From the NCBI GenBank assembly GCA_973895155.1, contig OZ316899.1, forward strand, positions 14,511,934-14,575,933: DNA of 64,000 nt, written 5' to 3'. How positions within the stretch are numbered: position 1 is the stretch's first letter; each line of letters begins with the position of its first letter. This DNA comes from Marsupella aquatica. Taxonomy: Eukaryota; Plantae; Marchantiophyta. This document shows positions 57,350-64,000 of this stretch, piece by piece. The notes below the pieces were generated by a model. The model was not told the origin of the DNA, searched no databases, and saw nothing but the letters and a program-made list of their open reading frames with translations. A program made the translations under genes and the position numbers.

Positions 57350-60300
57350 CTATGGAGGAACTGAGAGCGGAGAGAGCAGAGAGAGCTCAAGTTGGTCTCT
57401 CTATGGTTTTTTGCATTTGCGTTCTTTGATTGTTCAGGTTTTAGATTTTTGGGAAGCACGCCGTCAGTCTCATTGGATTCAGGAGCATCGATCAATGCTT
57501 CATCCCAATACCTTTTGCACCGCGTTAGGTAGCAATTGGACTAACTTCTGATCAATAGAGGAACTCTTGCTTCATCCCTAGGAATGGACCTTTGTGGGCT
57601 GATCAGATGGATGCGGATTTTCAGGATGCTGCTGCCCTTGAAGAGAGATCCTTGGCTTCTCCCCCGGGCGCAGTTGCTACTCCTCATTTGGGTGCCCACC
57701 ATGGATCTGGAGACCATAGGAATGACTCAGTGCAGCCTAAACCTTTACGTGAGCTCAGGGGAGAACTTAGAGATACCGATCATGGCAATGCGATGAATAA
57801 TAGGGGATTGGAGAATAATGCAGAAATCATATCTTAGCTGCCATCGGGCCCATAGGAATGCGCATGCTCCCTTCCATGAACACATGATTTTTCTGGAGAG
57901 GATTCAGAATCTTGTTTAAATATACTAAAGACAACCTCAAACAACTCTAGGGAAGATTGGCCAAATAAACTCCATACTACTTTCAAGTGGTCAATTGACA
58001 AGGCTGCTCTTTCAGTTTTGGAATTTACAATTGCACCATGATGTGTTACTTCATTGATCGCACCCCTCTGCTTCCAGTCTTTTGCAATTGGGTTGAAGGC
58101 ATTTTTATTAGAGATATGGGTTAGTCGGTATCGTAGATAAGATTTGTGGGCAACAATTTTTACATGATTTCATTTGTACACCCGGAGCATAGAGATGCAG
58201 CATTAGATCTGGGCCCATTCTTCATGGATTGAAATGTTGTACGCACATTCCCTTGGGAGCCTTCTTTTGATGTGCGTAGTGAAACCTATACCAAACTACT
58301 TGTTTGGATTGAGATCCCTTTCTGTGCTTTGGTTCTTGAAGGTTGCAAGAAAAGAATTGTTGAATCCCTTGGGAAGCTTCTGTATTATATCCAGGGGGAC
58401 ATACAAAGTTCTTTTCCTCATGATCGTGCATGTATACTTTGGGATACATGTTGTGAGATCCCCCAAAGTGTGGAAGTTGAGATCATTGATGATATCACTA
58501 TCTGGCAGCCGGTCACGTTCAAAAACATTCCTTACCACTGTTTTAGATGCAATGAACGGGGCCATTTAGCCAAACAGGGCAAAGCCTTTGAAGCAGAAGA
58601 GAATACAAATAATGAGCCCAAACTAGATAGAGTCTACAAAGAGGTGGAGGAGACGATTGCATCTGACCGGGTGGCTCCACGGTCCACTGACTCTACTCGC
58701 GTTGAGTTTGGGGGGGCCATTGGGTTCCCCTCCTCGTGGCCCTAACACGGTCCGTGAGTGTTACAACTGGTGCTGGCGCGGCTGGAGGATCTTTGGCTGA
58801 TGGCCCTCCAGGGACGGTCCCTCCTGATCCTACGGCGGAGAGAACTAACTTTAACCCTGGCAATATCATTGTTCTTTCAAGAGGCGGTAGTGTTATCAGC
58901 CCCAAGACACATTTGAATCAAAATCTGGCTTCGTCTCCGGCTGATGCGTCGATTGAAAAAGCTCACTCTCCCAGCATTGGCACCCCGGTTGGGGATGAGA
59001 ATTCTTCTTTGTCCACCACCATCCTTCCAATTCCCCCGACTAATCGATCCAATGAAAACCGTCCTCCTCTTCTCAGAGACAATGCTCTCTTTGAAGATCG
59101 TAGAACGCTTGATGGACTCTTTGACTCTGAGGCTTGGCCAGCTCTAGGGAGAATATTTGATTTGCAGGCATTGAGGAAGCATGGAGAAGCGGAAATTGAC
59201 ATTCAGGATCCTCTGGACACAGTACTGAGCCCCTCCTCTCGTACTACAAAGCATACTTCAAACAAGGATTATATGGACATTCTACCAGCCATGGGTGTTG
59301 AAGTGGTTTCTCTGCAGGGTGGTTATGATATCAAGATGTCAGAATATGAAGATATATTTTCAAGAGTCAGCTAAAGAAGGAGCAAGCACGTAAGCTGGAA
59401 CTTTGAACTCCACCTGCTGATCAAAAGAAGAAAGATAAAAAGGGCGATAACAAGAAGGGTCGTTCTCTTCACTACCCTGCTCAAAAACCTCTTGCCCCGG
59501 ACACACGCTCGACAACTAACTCCAACTTGGTTGTTCCGGTTTCCCCGGGGCGCCGTGCTAAATAAGTTGTGAGAGGAATTTGGATGGGCCTTCCTCGGAA
59601 ACTGCTGAATAGCATTTTCTGCTGGGATGGCCTCTCTTGTTTGTAGCTATAGACAAGAGTAGAAAGAACTTAGGGACTACAGAAATGGGAAATGAATTGT
59701 ATATAGCTTCATGGAATGTCTGTGGCCTGTGCAAATCAAACAGGAAACATGTGGTGAAAAACTAGTCAGATTACCTTGCTTAAGACCTCACTGATTGCCT
59801 CAGCTTTACACAAGGTTAAAGCTGATAGATTTAGCTAGATTTAGCGCTCCGGTTGATCCTACCATATTATCAGTATTTCTCTGCTGAGCTGGATGATGGT
59901 CGTGGGAGTACCTCTTTACTTATTCACCCCTCCCTTTCTATCACAGATTCTGGTGTAGTGGACAAAGGCTGCACTGCTTGGGTTAGAGTTACACACTCTA
60001 TGGGCAACTTTGGATTAGTTAGTTTCTATGCACCTAATCTTCCCCATGAACTATTGTGGCATGAGCTCAAGATATCTCTACCTCATGAAAACTGGATTAT
60101 TTGTCGGGATTTCAACATGACTGAAAGCTAACTTGATTTGTCTGGATCATCACCACTGATCAGAGGGAGAGGCAGAATTCTGGAGGTTTTTAAAAATGAG
60201 GCTTGATTTGGAGGATGCTATTAGTGTTACTCAGAGTTTTTGTGGCGCCAATTTCACTCGGAGACGGAAGATCAATGGGATAATTGTGCAGTCAAGACTT

Positions 60301-61651
60301 GATCGCTTTTATCTCAATGGAAAGAGCTGGTGGACAGATGCTGTTGAAGAACTACGTCATGACAGAGTTTCAGCCCTTTTGGATCATGACCCAATCATTC
60401 TTTGCTTCCGTCTCTCCAATGTGGAGACTGGAACAACCACACATAAATTGTCCTACTTCAAGGCTAATGCAAGGATGCTCAGAATTGAAGGCTGTTTGGA
60501 TAAACTTTGCTCTGCATGGGAGGCGCAAGAAGAATTGTTGGATGATCCTCACCTTTGTTTTTACCTGGCTAGCTTAAGACCGAGGGAAAAATACAAGGAA
60601 CTACAATCTGCACCCCATGCTTGAGAGGTGGAAATCACTATTTTGAGAGATTGACTTAGAGCACTTAAGGCTGCCCTTATTAGTTCAATATCAGATTCAG
60701 ACATCAAAGATTTTGCTATAATGGATGATCAAGTAAGAATAGCTGAACACGAGGAAGCACAAATGGGCAAGAGACTTTCACGGATCAAATGGCTGGGGCA
60801 GGGAGACAAACCATCCAAGTTTTACTTTGCTATGGTAAAAGCTAAAAGGCTCAGAGAAAACATGTCAATGCTACTTCTTGATAATGGCGAGACACTAACT
60901 CAAGAGGATAAGATCTTGAAAGAAGTAGAAAAACAATATTGTGCTCTTTATGAGGCGCCAGTGGATCTAGCTTTTAGCACTTTGCGCGAGGTCAGAGAGG
61001 CTAGACAAAAACTTTTTGCTAACATAGGTAAGACTCTTACGGCTGCTGAAATTAGGCTACTGGAATCCCCCCCTTTGATGGAGGAGATTTGGACTACTCT
61101 CTGGTTGCTTCCGGTTGACAAGCACTGGGACCTGATGGTATCACTGCCAAAGTGTACTGAGCCTGCTGGCACTTTATGAAAGAAGACATATTTGAGATGA
61201 TTCTGGACTTCTGGAGAACAGGAAAATTATTGGCGAACATGAAGGAAGATGTGATCAAGTTGATCCCGAAGAAACTCGATAAACGACGTCTAAAGGATTG
61301 GCGCCCTCTTACCATGCTCAATATGATCTATAAAATTGTGGCAAAGATCTTGGCTTTACGCCTTAAACCCCTTATGTACAAGCTTATTAGTCCTCAGCAA
61401 ACTGGCTTCATTCCAAGCAGGCACATTTTAGAAAACATATATGTTGCCTGACTGACTGTTGATTAGATACAAGTCAACAAGAAAAGCTCTCTTTTTCTTA
61501 TGTTGGACTTTGAGAAGGCCTTCAACAGAGTCTGCCATTCTTACATCTGGGAAGCCATGCATTTGCTCAAACTAGGTAGTCATTTCATTAGTCTGGTGAG
61601 ATCCTTACTCACGGGTGCTGGCTCTAGGGTACATTTAAATGGCTTGTTCTC
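57350..61651 (+). mobile_element. Decayed L1-clade LINE (ORF1 ~57590-59560, ORF2 from ~59690), cut by an LTR element
   Basis: ORF1 knuckle CFRCNERGH; endonuclease SWNVCGL, FYAPN, DFN, SRLDRFY, DHDPI; RT LIPKK, WRPLTMLN, QTGFI, LDFEKAF. 5' end approximate. Confidence 0.92.
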
Positions 61652-63144
61652 AGTCGCGGAACTCAACTACCTTAACACTTAGCTCCGGCGTCGCTGACTC
61701 CGACACCGAGCTCCCTTATGGTCCAAGCCCGGATAGGCCATCCGGGGAGGACTTAGCATGGAGAGACTTGTGGGCAATGAGACGTGGCACTAGCGAGGCA
61801 AGGAGCCAAGCTGGGGACACACACTAAGGACTTGGGCTAGCTGATAGCTGGTCGAGTCAAGGTAAAATGGGCCAGGCTCAAGGATGGCCGTCCGGACCTC
61901 CGGATGGACTTTGAGTTATGGGGGCTTGAGTGTGAGCTCCTCTTGGGCCCGAGGCCAATGGAGTTGACGCCATGGGCAACAGACGCTTGGGGCGCAAGTT
62001 ATGGCCCGATCCGGGTTGGGCCGGTCGGGGGCCCTGAGCGGCGATCATACCTGAGGGCCTAGGCACGAGCACTGGGTCAGCCCGAACATGGTGGGCTAAG
62101 GCACTCCGCTTGCGCATGCCTAACGAGAAAGTTATGGGCGTTGCCAGTTGGTGGCGCGCCCATTATGCGAGATAGGTTCCGGGTTGGGGGCCAAATGTTT
62201 AGGGACCAAAGCTGGTCCGGGGGTGGCAGGTCTCCAAAAGCATATATGAAGGGAGTGGTATCTCCTTGGGGGCTAAGGGCGAGCCGAAATCGTGAGCCGC
62301 GGCGGTCGCGACACTAAGGGAAACCACCAAACGGAAATGACGATATCTTCCCAACGAGAAGTTCATTGGAGGACTTCTTGGGTGCGTTTAAAAGCTCTCA
62401 AGGAGAGATACGCCCTCCTGAGCTCAGCTGGGTCTAGGGGAACCAAGGGTTGTTGAGGTTTGCGGGTGTTAACTTGCCCGCTTGCCAAATCCTGCCGAAC
62501 AGCAGCTAAACCGCATTTAGTCTCCCAAGGGAGCTTGCGTTGGGGAGGCAAGGCCAAGTAGGTATGGAGGTTGAGTTCCAAGGGTACTCGGTCCCTAGAC
62601 TGTCAGTGGGGCAAGTTGGGAGTTGGTTGCACAAGGCAGGGCCATTCTGGTCCCGAAGTGTTGGGACAAGCTTGGGACAAGCTTCAGGACAAGCGACGCT
62701 ATTTGGGCCATGAGCATGTCCTGAGGTCAGGGAGGTCAGTTGGTGATGGATAGGTACGAGGGGGAACCCGGGCCGTGCCCAAGGAAGGAGCTGTTTTGGA
62801 CGAACAATGGGCGTGGGTTCTGGTTCCGGCTTATGGCATCGGGAGGACCTATTGCTGACCTATTTACCAACATCTGTTGAGCTTGAGTTAGGATGGTAGA
62901 CTTGGCGAGTTCTAGAACCTGAGGGGTTACTTACCAAGGTGCTTGGTTGCTTGTGCAGACAGTGAGGACCGTTGAGTAGCGGTCGTGTAGGTGAGCAAGT
63001 ACGGCTTTGAATGGGAGGGGCCGCTGGCGGTGCAAGGGGCACTAGGGTGCTTGCTCGAGGTATTTTGTGGAGGCGCTCGGGCACCAGGGGCTCTTAGGCG
63101 CGAGTGTTGGGATTGGTGAGGGCGCTAAGTGGCAAGGTTCACCA
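61652..63144 (+). repeat. GC-rich 5' LTR (~1.5 kb) of a further LTR retrotransposon
   Basis: L1 similarity stops after VHLNGLFS; ends ...CACCA just before an iMet PBS; left terminus is not a clean TG, so the start is approximate. Confidence 0.65.
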
Positions 63145-63148
63145 CTTG

Positions 63149-63160
63149 TGGTATCAGAGC
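63149..63160 (+). other. Primer-binding site, initiator tRNA-Met
   Basis: TGGTATCAGAGC. Confidence 0.9.
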
Positions 63161-63291
63161 AATTGCTGGCATAGACATCGGACCGGGGTTGTGCTAAGTC
63201 GGAGTCCAAAAATCTTAACAGATTTTTGCGGGGACTTAGTGCTTGAACGTGCCCGGCGGGTCGACTGCGAGCAGATTTGGTTGCTGGGAAC

Positions 63292-64000
63292 ATGGCTAAA
63301 AACACTCAATCAAAGAGTGGCAAACAAGCTCCCCCCACCAAGGGGAGAGCCCAAGTTCAAGATGAACAGAAGGAGGACGGGTTGACTTCCCTAGACAAAC
63401 GTTACAAGTAGGATGAAGAAGACGCAATGGCCGAACCATCGACCGCTGCGGTGACCACGTCAAGTGCAGAGCGCCGTCAACTTAAAGGGAAGGAGGTGGC
63501 CGATCCTTCAGAGGACGGGTTGGACGATGACAATTCTGATGCAGAAGGAAGCGACGACAATGCTAAAGCCGAATTGGGGGAATAGGGTCAGGACCCAGAA
63601 GAGGAACTGATCCTAGCCTTGAGAGGGTTGAACTTTGAACCAGAGGATGACGTCGAGCCGGACGTCATCGTGGATAATTTGACCAAGGAAAACCAGGGCG
63701 ATGCGGGTGATGCCTCAGCCCTGGGGGGTCATGGTGCTTGCAAGATGCGGGGGGTGTCACCAAAATCCACGAGAGAACCTAAGGACAGGCGGCTTGCAAC
63801 CGTCCTCATACAACCCGCAAGGGCCCAGCCGTTGACGACAATCTGAGTCCGTGGACTCAAGACCAATGACTCATTTATGAGCAGTTGGAACACAACAAGG
63901 GGGCACAGATTAAGTACTTACTTAGTCTGGGTAGTCAGAGTGCGACGCATCTCGACAGGGGGAATGGTAGTTGGATGGAGTATGTTCCAAGTGAACTAGC
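63292..64000 (+). pseudogene. Decayed acidic N-terminus of a probable gag ORF
   Basis: ATG 63292 in frame with 63619-63846, with internal TAG stops; located after the PBS; no diagnostic gag motif inside the window. Confidence 0.45.

Overview
Eukaryotic, land-plant-type heterochromatic block; the element spectrum and GT-AG introns suggest a non-seed plant, but the host cannot be fixed from sequence alone. No host gene or RNA gene was found: the window is almost all nested transposons, and most boundaries are supported by target-site duplications (TSDs). Main nest: a Sola2-like DNA transposon (43.56-56.4 kb) holds a P-like element (44530-54936, 8-bp TSD) and Gypsy A (LTR 40554-43554). A's RT is broken by short-LTR element B, and B's LTR holds a CACTA element (12981-37399, TSD ACT). 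The CACTA's second gene holds a young, near-intact Athila-like Gypsy C (21584-35131, TSD GGCTT). B's long ORF holds a gene-bearing solo-LTR-like unit D (1553-11157, TSD GGGGT), which holds another, E (6772-10343, TSD CTGAT). The right end has a decayed L1 cut by a further LTR element. Highlights: (1) a SET-domain exon inside intron 1 of the CACTA transposase, joinable in frame to the shared first exon; (2) the P-like element carries a BRCT plus EDM2/NSD-type PHD gene; (3) one accessory protein family occurs in four LTR families, twice inside apparent solo LTRs; (4) a TGA-CAA-TTA readthrough signal between protease and RT, and a second protease-like ORF, in Gypsy C. All family assignments come from motif recognition, not database searches.
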